46,870 nucleotides of DNA from an uncultured Candidatus Saccharibacteria bacterium (GCA_964589005.1 CAZPQI010000003.1:1-46870), one strand, 5' to 3'. Positions 1 to 9,333 are shown, counted from the stretch's first letter. The notes: generated by a model from the sequence alone, not told the origin. Program-made: numbers and translations.

Positions 1-263
1 TTGAAATTACCATTAAAGTGATTCCAAGGTATTGAACCATTGCGGTTTGTTGACTTCCGATACTCTTTTAGGTACTATGCTCGCACCTGAGAGCAGGTTT
101 GAAACATGCTCAGGAAGAGGCGGACAATTCATGGTGTAAGTAGGATTACACAACACAGATACAAACAAAGTTTGTACGGCATGAATAGCCTCTTTATACG
201 AGGTTATATTTTGAATGAGGAACAGAGATTTATGAAATAAATCGACAATTCTCAAGCTGAGTA

Positions 264-318
264 ACCCCAGTGAAATCGGCTTCGCCGTTTTTGCTGGAGG
301 CAAAAAATTTCACGGGGT
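264..318. repeat. REP-like foldback hairpin (CCCC-GTGAAAT...ATTTCACGGGG) upstream of rpsN
   Basis: Imperfect inverted repeat accccagtgaaat / atttcacggggt enclosing small internal hairpins. Confidence 0.5.
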
Positions 319-359
319 GTAACATTTTGTAACTCACTCCGTTCACAACAAAAAGTAAT

Positions 360-545
360 ATGGCAAAGAAATCAATGATCGCACGAGCGAATAAGACACC
401 GAAATTCAAATCTCGGGTCATTCGACGTTGTTTCAAATGTGGACGTCCGCGAGGATATATGCGCGACTTTGACTTGTGCCGAATTTGCTTTCGAGAAGAA
501 GCTCTTGAAGGTCACATTCCCGGAATAAAAAAATCCTCATGGTAA
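360..545 (+). CDS. rpsN: 30S ribosomal protein S14, zinc-binding type (61 aa)
   Basis: MAKKSMIA...[10 protein letters not shown]...LCRICFRE...GIKKSSW, two CxxC motifs; spc operon position. Confidence 0.97.
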   Translation: MAKKSMIARANKTPKFKSRVIRRCFKCGRPRGYMRDFDLCRICFREEALEGHIPGIKKSSW

Positions 546-934
546 GCGACCCAATAGGAGACTTTATAGTGCGTTTAGTAAATGCAGGAGCTGTAAAACA
601 CGACAGTGTCTCTTTGCCACACTCAAATATGAAAATGGCAGTAGCCAAGGTTCTTAAAGAGTCAGGTTTCGTAAAGAATGTTGAGAAACAAGGAAAGAAA
701 ATACGTAAAACTATCCACGTAGATCTTTTGTACAAAGCAGATGGAACGCACAAAATTGAATCAGTAAAGCGTATTTCAAAACCAGGACGGCGTGTGTACA
801 AGTCGGTTGATGAAATTTTCCCTGTTCGCTATGGCAAAGGACTTCTCGTGCTTTCTACTCCGAAAGGAATTTTAACAGGCGCTCAAGCACGTAAAGAAAA
901 AGTGGGTGGCGAAGCACTTTTCGAGATTTATTAA
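539..934 (+). CDS. rpsH: 30S ribosomal protein S8
   Basis: [29 protein letters not shown] motifs. Confidence 0.97.
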   Translation: MVSDPIGDFIVRLVNAGAVKHDSVSLPHSNMKMAVAKVLKESGFVKNVEKQGKKIRKTIHVDLLYKADGTHKIESVKRISKPGRRVYKSVDEIFPVRYGKGLLVLSTPKGILTGAQARKEKVGGEALFEIY

Positions 935-948
935 TCCCAAAAAGAAAT

Positions 949-994
949 CCTAAGCACCGAACCTAAACCCTAACACCTAAAACCTAATCCCTAA
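949..994 (+). repeat. Degenerate heptamer tandem repeat (CCTAANN)
   Basis: cctaagc accgaa cctaaac cctaaca cctaaaa cctaatc ccta between rpsH and rplF. Confidence 0.7.
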
Positions 995-1000
995 AAATAT

Positions 1001-1537
1001 ATGAGCAGAATTGGAAAACAACCTATCGCGATACCTTCTGGTACTGAAGTACATGTTTCAGAAGGTGTTTTGACTGTAAAAGGAAAAGGGGGTGAATTAA
1101 AAAAAGAACTCCACGCAGATGTTGCAGTTGAGGTTAATAGATCTGAGGTAGTCGTAACACCAACTAACGAAACACGCCAAGCTCAAGCATTGTGGGGCAC
1201 ATTCGCATCACATGTACGCAATATGGTTGCTGGAGTTAACGAGCCGTATGAAAAGAAACTTTCTGTTGAGGGTGTTGGATACCGAGTTGCTTTAGAGGGA
1301 AAGAAATTGGTGTTAAATGTAGGATTTTCACACCAAGTTGAAGTTGCCGTACCTGAGGGAGTCGAGGTTGTGGTTGAAAAGAACGAAATTAGCATAAAGG
1401 GGGCGAACAAAGAAGCTGTTGGCCAGTTTGCTGCTAATGTTCGTGCGGTAAAGAAGCCTGAACCGTATAAGGGCAAGGGTATTCGCTACTCTGACGAAAT
1501 TGTTCGACGTAAAGAAGGTAAACGCGCAACTGCCTAA
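1001..1537 (+). CDS. rplF: 50S ribosomal protein L6
   Basis: MSRIGKQPI, GVGYR, PEPYKGKGIRY. Confidence 0.98.
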   Translation: MSRIGKQPIAIPSGTEVHVSEGVLTVKGKGGELKKELHADVAVEVNRSEVVVTPTNETRQAQALWGTFASHVRNMVAGVNEPYEKKLSVEGVGYRVALEGKKLVLNVGFSHQVEVAVPEGVEVVVEKNEISIKGANKEAVGQFAANVRAVKKPEPYKGKGIRYSDEIVRRKEGKRATA

Positions 1538-1554
1538 CACCTAACACCTAAATT

Positions 1555-1899
1555 ATGGACACTAAAGAAAAAACACTCCGAAGAACTAGAAGAAGAAATC
1601 GCGTACGTGCGAAGGTTTCAGGTACTGCAGTACGACCACGTCTTTCGGTTTTTCGCTCTAATACGCAGATTACGGCGCAACTAATAGATGACGAGGCCAA
1701 TACAACTATATGTTCGGTAACTACTGCAAAACGAAAAGGTACGCCACGTGAGCGTAGTATTGAAGCAGGAATTGCTATAGCTGAGCTAGCTAAGGGAAAA
1801 AAAGTAGTCGAAGTAGTGTTTGACCGAGGTGGGTATTTATACACAGGTAATATAAAGGCTTTTGCAGATGCAGTTCGTGGTGCAGGGTTGAAATTTTAA
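1555..1899 (+). CDS. rplR: 50S ribosomal protein L18
   Basis: RPRLSVFRSN, VVFDRGGYLYTG. Confidence 0.97.
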   Translation: MDTKEKTLRRTRRRNRVRAKVSGTAVRPRLSVFRSNTQITAQLIDDEANTTICSVTTAKRKGTPRERSIEAGIAIAELAKGKKVVEVVFDRGGYLYTGNIKAFADAVRGAGLKF

Positions 1900-1902
1900 G
1901 AT

Positions 1903-2538
1903 ATGACAGAAGAAACCAAACAAAATACACAAAAAGACCTGCCTGAGCAGGCAAAAGAAACATCAGCAACTGCTACTGAAGCAAAGACTGCTGATAAAAC
2001 TACATCGGGCGCTGTGAAAACAGATGCTGGTACTAATACTGCGCCCCGAACGCGAACTGCTCGACGACCAAGTCGACGACCACAACGGGGAGAGCGTCGT
2101 GATCGTGCACCAGAATTTGACCAAAAAATAATTGGTATTCGTCGAGTTACGCGTGTTATGGCAGGAGGTCGCCGATTTAGTTTTTCAGTGGCCATGGTTA
2201 TTGGTGACAAAAAAGGACGTGTAGGTGTAGGTGTTGGAAAAGCAGGAGACACTGCATTAGCGATAGAAAAGGCAATTCGCAACGCTAAGAAAAATATGAT
2301 TACTATAAAGCGTACTGATACAAATAGTATTGCGCACAATACAGAAGCAAAATATGGCTCAACCGAAATACAAATTCGTCCTTCGCAAGGGCGTGGATTG
2401 GTTGCGGGGGCATCTGTACGAACTGTGCTTGAACTGGGGGGCGTTACTGACGTTACTTCAAAGATATTATCGAGAAGCAAGAATAAAACAAATATTGCGC
2501 GAGCTGCAATTCATGCACTTCTTAAACTCAATACATAG
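1903..2538 (+). CDS. rpsE: 30S ribosomal protein S5 with low-complexity N-terminal extension
   Basis: RRVTRVMAGGRRFSFS, GRVGVGVGKA. Confidence 0.97.
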   Translation: MTEETKQNTQKDLPEQAKETSATATEAKTADKTTSGAVKTDAGTNTAPRTRTARRPSRRPQRGERRDRAPEFDQKIIGIRRVTRVMAGGRRFSFSVAMVIGDKKGRVGVGVGKAGDTALAIEKAIRNAKKNMITIKRTDTNSIAHNTEAKYGSTEIQIRPSQGRGLVAGASVRTVLELGGVTDVTSKILSRSKNKTNIARAAIHALLKLNT

Positions 2539-2542
2539 GCTT

Positions 2543-2998
2543 ATGACAGGACTACATTCACTCACAAAAAATAAATCACAAAAGGTAAAGCGACGAGTTG
2601 GTCGTGGTGGTAAACGCGGAAAAACTAGTGGCCATGGTCACAAGGGGCAAAAGCAACATGGCGGTCACGGTATCCGTCCTGAAATGAGAGATATAATTAA
2701 GAAACTACCTAAGCTTCGCGGACACGGAAAAAATCGTGCACGAACAGTCAATAGTTCAAAGGTTGCGCATACTCCAGTAAATCTTTCTCAGTTAGAGGAG
2801 GGATGCAAAGACGGAGAAACCGTAACTCCTGCGCTTCTTGTGGAGAAAAAGATAGTTTCAAATCGCGCAGGTCGTGCACCTAAAATAAAGATTCTTGGTA
2901 CAGGAGTGTTGAAAAAGAAACTGATTATTGAAAAATGTGCAATTTCAGAATCTGCAAAAGTAGCTATCGAAAAAGCAGGAGGTAGCGTGAAGGTATAA
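2543..2998 (+). CDS. rplO: 50S ribosomal protein L15 (start corrected to ATG 2543)
   Basis: RRVGRGGKRGKTSGHGHKGQK, KILGTG, IEKAGG; directly follows the rpsE stop. Confidence 0.95.
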   Translation: MTGLHSLTKNKSQKVKRRVGRGGKRGKTSGHGHKGQKQHGGHGIRPEMRDIIKKLPKLRGHGKNRARTVNSSKVAHTPVNLSQLEEGCKDGETVTPALLVEKKIVSNRAGRAPKIKILGTGVLKKKLIIEKCAISESAKVAIEKAGGSVKV

Positions 2999-3009
2999 TA
3001 TCAATATTT

Positions 3010-4284
3010 ATGATTGAAACTTTCTTTCAAAAACTAAAACTAGTAGCTAAAGATGCGACACTACGCAAGCGTATTGCATTTATACTCGTGGCACTGATAA
3101 TGTTCCGTATTTTAGCTACTATTCCTATTCCAGGCGTTGATGTGCTACGGCTCGAGCAATTCTTTTCAAACAATCAATTCTTAGGTCTGTTAAATATTTT
3201 CTCCGGCGGCGGCCTTTCGAATCTTTCTATTGTGATGCTCGGCGTCGGCCCCTTTATTACTGCGTCAATTATTATGCAGTTGATGACAGTTCTTTCTCCG
3301 CGTATGAAGGCTATTTATCAAGATGAGGGTGAGGCAGGACGCGCTAAATTTACACAGTGGTCGCGTTATCTTACGGTTCCACTTGCATTTATGCAGGCTT
3401 TTGCGTTTCTTTCTCTTCTGCAACAAAACGGGATTGTTCCCTCACTTGAGTTTGGGGCGATGATGACGAACGTACTTGTCATAGCATCTGGTTCTATATT
3501 ATTGATGTGGATTGGTGAATTGGTTACCGAATTTGGCATTGGAAACGGTGTTTCGCTTTTGATTTTTGCAGGTATTGTTGCTAGTTTGCCAAGTGCACTG
3601 AGTCAGCTGGCATTTACTTTTGACATATCGCAACTTCCTTTGTACTTAGGATTCTTGATTGCAACACTTGCAGTTATTGCTGGAGTTGTATTTATAACCG
3701 AAGCCGAGCGCCCTATTCCTATTACCTATGCTCGGCAAACTCGAGGATCGAAACAATCTGGCGGTATATCGACATACTTACCATTGCGAGTAAACCAAGC
3801 AGGTGTGATTCCAATTATTTTTGCATTATCAATTCTTTTGTTCCCACAAGTATTGGCGTCGTTTTTAATCAATAGCGAATTAGCATTAGTATCGAACGTC
3901 GCTAACTCAATAGTAAATGGTCTTTCAAATCAATGGATTTACGGAAGTTTGTATTTCCTCATGGTATTTTTCTTCACGTATTTTTACACCGCTATTACGT
4001 TTGATCCAAAACGAATTGCAGACAACTTACAAAAAAGTGGAGCATTTATTCCCGGAGTACGCCCAGGAGCGCATACGTCCGAGCACGTAGGAAACATCCT
4101 TACACGTATTACACTTGTTGGTGCACTCTTTTTAGGGCTTATAGCGGTACTTCCGGTTATCATGCAGGGACTTACCGGAATCGCCACTCTTACCATAGGT
4201 GGAACAGCGCTACTGATTGCAGTATCGGTGGTACTTGATGTTGTTAAGAAGGTTGAGGCACAAATTTCCATCCGCGAGTATTAG
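3010..4284 (+). CDS. secY: Preprotein translocase SecY
   Basis: LGVGPFITASIIMQL, GIGNGVSLLIFAGI, FIPGVRPG, GGTALLIAVSV. Confidence 0.98.
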   Translation: MIETFFQKLKLVAKDATLRKRIAFILVALIMFRILATIPIPGVDVLRLEQFFSNNQFLGLLNIFSGGGLSNLSIVMLGVGPFITASIIMQLMTVLSPRMKAIYQDEGEAGRAKFTQWSRYLTVPLAFMQAFAFLSLLQQNGIVPSLEFGAMMTNVLVIASGSILLMWIGELVTEFGIGNGVSLLIFAGIVASLPSALSQLAFTFDISQLPLYLGFLIATLAVIAGVVFITEAERPIPITYARQTRGSKQSGGISTYLPLRVNQAGVIPIIFALSILLFPQVLASFLINSELALVSNVANSIVNGLSNQWIYGSLYFLMVFFFTYFYTAITFDPKRIADNLQKSGAFIPGVRPGAHTSEHVGNILTRITLVGALFLGLIAVLPVIMQGLTGIATLTIGGTALLIAVSVVLDVVKKVEAQISIREY

Positions 4285-4369
4285 AACCCCTAGTAGTTAG
4301 TAGAGAGAATGGACTCGGTCTGTGTACAGGGCGCGGAGTCTTTTTTTGAATACAAGTTATACTAAGGGC

Positions 4370-5953
4370 ATGTTCGTTAAGCACTACTCTGGCATTTCAC
4401 TAAAGCTTCTTGTAGTGGGCTCTTTTTTTATTGCAAGCGTCACGTTTGCTGCAGTGGAAGTATTCGAAACTTCTGAAGTAAATATTATTTATGCGGCAAA
4501 TCCTAGTGCTCCCTACGGAATCAATGCTACTAAACAAGCGCAGCCATTTCAATACATATTATTGCATCATACTGGAGGCAACGTTTCTCTTGAGAGTGCT
4601 GTGCGGTATGGTCAGACAGTCGATAAAGTTCGCGGAGGTTCGTTTGGGTATCATTTTTATATCGGACCAAACGGACGTATTGCACAAGGTGCGCCACTTT
4701 CTCGACGCACGAATCATGTAAAATCACGAGCTTTTCGACGAGGTCCACTAGGGTTACAAAATTTTAATGCTATTGGTGTCTCAGTTGTGAGTTCGGGCTC
4801 ATACACTGGCGCTCAAGTTGAAAGTCTTACCAAAATTGTACGCGCGCTACAAAAAACGTACGACATACCAAATGAACGTATTTTCGGTCACGGAGAAGTC
4901 CAATCTAATAGAGGTAACGAAATGAAGACTGTCGCTGAATTTTTACGAGGATCACAATATCAAGGACAAAGTGTCCAAGACTTGATTGATAGCGGAGTAT
5001 TAAATGCAACAACCGCCAGTGGGAACAACTCATTTTTGGGACGTTTTAGTAGTTTCTTAGGAATTTCTAATAACAACAACTCGGTAAACAGAAACATTAT
5101 TCCGGAAGTTCCTACAAATTTTGGACGAAATAATTCTATTCTAAATAGTTTTTTTGGAGTTCCTCAAACAACACAGAGTCCGTATTGTTTAACACAAACT
5201 CCTTCCGCTAATTCATTGCAAAATACAATAGGGAGCTCACTTATAAGTAGTTTTTTTGGAGTCCCGCCAACACAACAAAATCTTGGCTGTTTACCACAGA
5301 TTTCTTCTTTTGCGTCGGGGAGTGGTGGTGCACCTAACTCCTCTTCAGGAAATTCTTCGGAGAATTCTAAAAAAGATGATACAGATGGAATTAATAAGTT
5401 TAGTTTGGACTCTGCCGTCGATTCGTTAATTAGCACGCAACCAACTTCAAATACATCAATCAAAAATGCAACGCCTACACTTTTGTGCTTACCTGATCCA
5501 GTGAGTGCGGGAGAGGACGCAATTATCATGTGGGCGTGCCGCGATGGGGCATATACAACACAAGGAGAGAATTTTGACACGGGCGAAAAGATGATTGGGT
5601 CAACAATAGTTTCGCCAAATGAGGATACCCTATACTCGGTTACGTGCATTAACAAAGAAGAGGCAGAGAATACTTCGGCGAGCTGTGAAATTAATGTAGC
5701 AAATCCAGCGCTAGCGCTTGTAACGACACCTACTTCGGTTAAACGCGGCGAGAAAGTTTCGATTACTTGGAGGACGAACGACATAAAATCGTGTGCACTT
5801 ACTTCGAAGGCGTTTCCTTCGTTTGAAAAAAATGGAATAGAAGGAGAAGTGGTATCTCCGAGACTCACTACACATACTGTATTTACACTATCATGCGAGA
5901 CGGACACTGGACAACTAGAGGAGAAAAAAGTAAGTGTATTTGTGCAGCAGTAG
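4370..5953 (+). CDS. Secreted N-acetylmuramoyl-L-alanine amidase (Amidase_2/PGRP-like) with S/N-rich linker and Cys-containing Ig-like C-terminal domains
   Basis: Signal-peptide-like N-terminus; ILLHHTGG, GYHFYI, RTNHVK, AIGVSV, IFGHGEV motifs; start at ATG 4370 just after TATACT. Confidence 0.75.
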   Translation: MFVKHYSGISLKLLVVGSFFIASVTFAAVEVFETSEVNIIYAANPSAPYGINATKQAQPFQYILLHHTGGNVSLESAVRYGQTVDKVRGGSFGYHFYIGPNGRIAQGAPLSRRTNHVKSRAFRRGPLGLQNFNAIGVSVVSSGSYTGAQVESLTKIVRALQKTYDIPNERIFGHGEVQSNRGNEMKTVAEFLRGSQYQGQSVQDLIDSGVLNATTASGNNSFLGRFSSFLGISNNNNSVNRNIIPEVPTNFGRNNSILNSFFGVPQTTQSPYCLTQTPSANSLQNTIGSSLISSFFGVPPTQQNLGCLPQISSFASGSGGAPNSSSGNSSENSKKDDTDGINKFSLDSAVDSLISTQPTSNTSIKNATPTLLCLPDPVSAGEDAIIMWACRDGAYTTQGENFDTGEKMIGSTIVSPNEDTLYSVTCINKEEAENTSASCEINVANPALALVTTPTSVKRGEKVSITWRTNDIKSCALTSKAFPSFEKNGIEGEVVSPRLTTHTVFTLSCETDTGQLEEKKVSVFVQQ

Positions 5954-5976
5954 AAACTTTTTGCTACACTCTCTTC

Positions 5977-6567
5977 ATGCCACATAAGAAACAAATAGTC
6001 GTCATCGCGGGTCCAACAGCCAGCGGAGAGAGTACCTTTACGCATGAACTTATAGACGGGTATGATAATTTTGTAAAATTAGTTTCGGCTACGACACGCA
6101 AGCCGCGCATGAACGAAAAAAACGAAGTCGATTATTACTTTTTAAGCAAGGAGGATTTTTTTGAGAAGGTGCATGAGGGAAATATTATTGAACACACGTA
6201 CGTAGAGAACAGAGATGCGTACTACGGCACGTATAAACCAGATCTAGATGAAAAACTCTTGAAAGGCTTGAATATTGTCGCTAATACTGACCCAAAAGGT
6301 GCAAAATTTTATAAAGAAAATTATGGGGCAACAACAATTTTTCTTAAACCGAAATCGATGGCAGTTATAGAAGATAGGCTACGGCGTCGTGATCCTGATA
6401 TCACCGAGGAAGAAGTACAGAACCGTCTTATCAGTGCCGAGCGTGAAATTCGTGATGCCGATCATAAATTTGATCATGTAGTGTGGAATACTGATGGAGG
6501 ATTTGTGGAAACATTGTTTGAAGTGATTGAGATATTGAAGAAAGAGGGGTATGAAATTAGTAGTTAG
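5977..6567 (+). CDS. Guanylate kinase-like protein with degenerate P-loop (GPTASGES)
   Basis: VSATTRKPR.NE.NEVDYYFLS, YYGT GMP-binding motifs; Walker A Lys replaced by Glu. Confidence 0.85.
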   Translation: MPHKKQIVVIAGPTASGESTFTHELIDGYDNFVKLVSATTRKPRMNEKNEVDYYFLSKEDFFEKVHEGNIIEHTYVENRDAYYGTYKPDLDEKLLKGLNIVANTDPKGAKFYKENYGATTIFLKPKSMAVIEDRLRRRDPDITEEEVQNRLISAEREIRDADHKFDHVVWNTDGGFVETLFEVIEILKKEGYEISS

Positions 6568-6588
6568 GTATTAGGGTTTAGGGGTTAG
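6564..6588 (-). repeat. Heptamer tandem repeat (TTAGGNN)
   Basis: ttaggta ttagggt ttagggg ttag between the two gmk genes. Confidence 0.65.
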
Positions 6589-6607
6589 TAAAACAGAATT
6601 AAAGAAT

Positions 6608-7192
6608 ATGAATGATACGAAAAAAAAAGTCGTGGTTTTATCCGGTCCGAGTGGTAGTGGAAAAAACAGCGTGCTACAAGCCGTAATAGATAGATGTAAA
6701 AACTGTGTACGTTTGGTTACCGCTACTACCCGAGCTATTCGTGACAATGAAAAGCACGGAGAAGATCATTATTTCTTGAGCAAAGACGAATTTCTTACAG
6801 GAATAAAAGACGGTACGATACCAGAATATTGGCATGCAGTTGAAACAGATCGTTATTATGGGACGTATCTTCCTGATCTCGAAGAGAAGTTTTCAGAAGG
6901 AAAAATTGTAGTGACAGAAGTGCAAATTGAGGGCATGAAGTTCATGAGGAAAGAGTTTGGAGCGCTAAGTATTTTTGTTACAGCAGAATCACTCGAAGAA
7001 CTCGAGGTTCGTATCCGTAAGCGCCAACCAGATATATCCGAAGAAGAAATTCAGGAACGTTTACAGCAGGCGGAGAAAGAAATTAATGAATACGCAAAAG
7101 AGTACGACTACACATTAGTTAACAAGCATGGAAAACTGGAAGAAACAATTAGTGAAGTAATGGACATTTTACGTAAAGAACAGTATCTTTAG
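6608..7192 (+). CDS. gmk: Guanylate kinase
   Basis: LSGPSGSGKNS, TTRAIRDNEKHGEDHYF, YYGT. Confidence 0.9.
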   Translation: MNDTKKKVVVLSGPSGSGKNSVLQAVIDRCKNCVRLVTATTRAIRDNEKHGEDHYFLSKDEFLTGIKDGTIPEYWHAVETDRYYGTYLPDLEEKFSEGKIVVTEVQIEGMKFMRKEFGALSIFVTAESLEELEVRIRKRQPDISEEEIQERLQQAEKEINEYAKEYDYTLVNKHGKLEETISEVMDILRKEQYL

Positions 7193-7337
7193 TCAATAAT
7201 TTACAAATTTGGCACATTTTGAATGAAGCAAAGAGCGCAAGCGACTATGCTGAATTTATGTCCCAATTCTTTCATTTACAAAAGAAAGAATTGCTGGACC
7301 GTTGTAGAACTGCATACAAATTTGTAAATATTGAATA
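7190..7337. mobile_element. MITE-like foldback insertion: about 19-bp inverted arms around a 107-nt core
   Basis: tcaataatttacaaatttg (7193-7211) / caaatttgtaaatattga (7317-7334); core ends TTGGCACATTT and TAGAACTGCAT are shared with the insertion in tmRNA. Confidence 0.65.
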
Positions 7338-7359
7338 TTTAATAAACAACATCAAGCAA

Positions 7360-7956
7360 ATGAGCGAACAACAACCACTTTCAGTAATATTTTTTGGAAT
7401 ACAAGGAGCCGGTAAGGGAACGCAAGCAAAGCTTTTGCGGGACTATCTCGATGAGCATACTAATTCGGATACTCTGTATCTAGAAACGGGGCAGTTGCTT
7501 CGGGATTTTATGGCAAAAGAAGGCCATACACAAAAATTGGTGAATGAAACAATTTCTAATGGTGATTTGCTACCTTCATTTATGCCAGTGTATGTACTTG
7601 GTCGCGAAATGGTAAAGGGTTTTTCAGGTAATGAGCATCTTATTTTCGATGGTGCGACGCGACGTGCAAACCAAACGGTTATGCTTGATAGTATGTTGCG
7701 TTTTTATAAGAGGGATCCGTATCACTTGGTTTTAATTGGGCTTTCGGAAGAGTCTGCGATGGAGCGATTAAAAGAGAGAGGGCGATCAGACGACACTGAA
7801 GAAAAAATTAAAAAAAGAATTGCGTGGTCAAAAGAGCATATGGATTCAGTGATGAAGCAATTTGAAGGGTTCGATTGTTCAATACATAGTATAGATGGTG
7901 AGCCATCTATCGAAGAAATTCACAAAGATATTTTGGAAAAACTAAATTTAGCATGA
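7360..7956 (+). CDS. adk: Adenylate kinase / NMP kinase, short LID (start corrected to ATG 7360)
   Basis: FFGIQGAGKGTQA, IFDG.TR...Q, RGRSDD; position upstream of map. Confidence 0.88.
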   Translation: MSEQQPLSVIFFGIQGAGKGTQAKLLRDYLDEHTNSDTLYLETGQLLRDFMAKEGHTQKLVNETISNGDLLPSFMPVYVLGREMVKGFSGNEHLIFDGATRRANQTVMLDSMLRFYKRDPYHLVLIGLSEESAMERLKERGRSDDTEEKIKKRIAWSKEHMDSVMKQFEGFDCSIHSIDGEPSIEEIHKDILEKLNLA

Positions 7957-8705
7957 TAATTCGTACAGAAAAAGATAGAGAAGTACTACGCGAAGGGGGA
8001 AGGCGTTTGGCGACGGTATTACAAAAAGTTTCAAAAAAATGTGTACCAGGAGTTACTCCTAAAGAACTTGACGCGTATGCGCAAGAATTGATTGCAGAAT
8101 ACGGCGATAAGGCTTCGTTTTTAGGTTTTGGAAAACCGCCGTTTCCTGCGGCACTGTGTATTTCAGTGAATGCAGGTATTGTGCATGGAATTCCAGATGA
8201 TTATACTCTGCAACAAGGAGATTTAGTTACTTTAGATGGAGGTATTTGGCACGAAGAATTGTGTACGGACTCTGCAGTTACGGTGAGCGTTGGACACATT
8301 TCAAAAGAAGACGAAAAGCTAGTGCGCGCAACACAAGAAGCACTCGCTGCACAAATTGAAGTTGCAATTACGGGGAATACCATCGGTGATCTTGGTCATG
8401 CTGCTGAAAGTGTTGCTAAAAAATATGGCTATGGATATCCTAAAGAACTCGGTGGCCATGGTGTTGGACTTGGCGTACACGAAAAACCTTTTGTATTTAA
8501 TTATGGGAAAAAAGGCCAGGGAGAGATTTTAAAAAAAGATATGGTATTAGCACTTGAGCCGATGTTCACCGCAGGTAGTGGTACATTAAAACTGGCAAAC
8601 GATGGATGGACATACGAAACTGTTGATGGGTCACGAAGCGCGCATTGCGAACACACTGTTATAGTTGGAGAAACCGAAGCAGAAGTACTTACACGAACGG
8701 TATGA
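7953..8705 (+). CDS. map: Methionine aminopeptidase type I
   Basis: CISVN..IVHGIP, DSAVT, GHGVG..VHE.P, ALEPM, SAHCEHT. Confidence 0.97.
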   Translation: MIIRTEKDREVLREGGRRLATVLQKVSKKCVPGVTPKELDAYAQELIAEYGDKASFLGFGKPPFPAALCISVNAGIVHGIPDDYTLQQGDLVTLDGGIWHEELCTDSAVTVSVGHISKEDEKLVRATQEALAAQIEVAITGNTIGDLGHAAESVAKKYGYGYPKELGGHGVGLGVHEKPFVFNYGKKGQGEILKKDMVLALEPMFTAGSGTLKLANDGWTYETVDGSRSAHCEHTVIVGETEAEVLTRTV

Positions 8706-9235
8706 TAAAAATAGTTGTAGCATCAAAGAATCCTGTGAAAATAGACGCCGCAGAGCAAGCATTTCAGAGAATGTTCAGAAATGAGAATCTTGAAGTGGCA
8801 GGCGTGAGTGTTTCGTCGGGCGTTTCCGAACAACCAATGACCGATGAGGAGACCTATATAGGGGCAACGAATCGTGCGAATAACGCCTACGATAATAAAA
8901 ACGATGCAGACTATTGGGTTGGTATTGAGGGAGGCCTAGAGGAAAAAAATGATGAAATTGAAGCGTTTGCGTGGATAGTCGTGCGTTCAAGAGACGGCAA
9001 ATATGGGAAAGGGCGAACTTCTACATTCTTTCTTCCAAAAAAGATCGTTGAATTTATACGGCAGGGAAAAGAACTAGGTGATGCGATTGATGTAGTGTTT
9101 AAAGAAGATAATTCGAAACAAAAACAGGGAGCCATTGGCTTGTTGACCGACAATAATATTGATAGAACCAAATATTATGTTGAACCTATCATTATCGCTT
9201 TGATACCATTCAAGAACCCTGAGTTATACTTCTAA
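8702..9235 (+). CDS. yjjX: Inosine/xanthosine triphosphatase (YjjX, DUF84)
   Basis: VASKNPVK, SGVSEQPM, GATNRA, GIEGG, ELG, GAIGLLT. Confidence 0.9.
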   Translation: MIKIVVASKNPVKIDAAEQAFQRMFRNENLEVAGVSVSSGVSEQPMTDEETYIGATNRANNAYDNKNDADYWVGIEGGLEEKNDEIEAFAWIVVRSRDGKYGKGRTSTFFLPKKIVEFIRQGKELGDAIDVVFKEDNSKQKQGAIGLLTDNNIDRTKYYVEPIIIALIPFKNPELYF

Positions 9236-9270
9236 AATTCTGGTTACTGGTATAAAAGTATCTAGCCTCT

Positions 9271-9310
9271 CCTATCCCCTAAACCCTAAGATCTATACCC
9301 TAAACCCTAC
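9271..9310 (+). repeat. Heptamer tandem repeat (CCTANNN)
   Basis: cctatcc cctaaac cctaaga tctatac cctaaac cctac. Confidence 0.7.
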
Positions 9311-9333
9311 GTTTGCGTTGGTATACTACATAC

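Noticed and set aside
1-303. ORF 13..303(-) and a possible rplE tail (LKLPLK*, 1-21)
   Set aside because: The minus-strand ORF has no motif and is antisense to the operon; six codons are too few to call rplE.
949-994. CRISPR array or telomere repeat (CCCTAAA-like)
   Set aside because: The units are 7-nt and degenerate, with no spacers and no cas genes; the similarity to plant telomere repeats is limited to single units.
5164-6045. 293-aa minus-strand ORF, and similar long antisense ORFs over rpsE, ftsH, recG and the surface proteins
   Set aside because: These are shadow ORFs opposite well-supported genes with no recognisable motifs.
7219-7359. 47-aa N-terminal extension of Adk
   Set aside because: It is read-through of the foldback insertion from a TTG; the kinase fold begins at ATG 7360.
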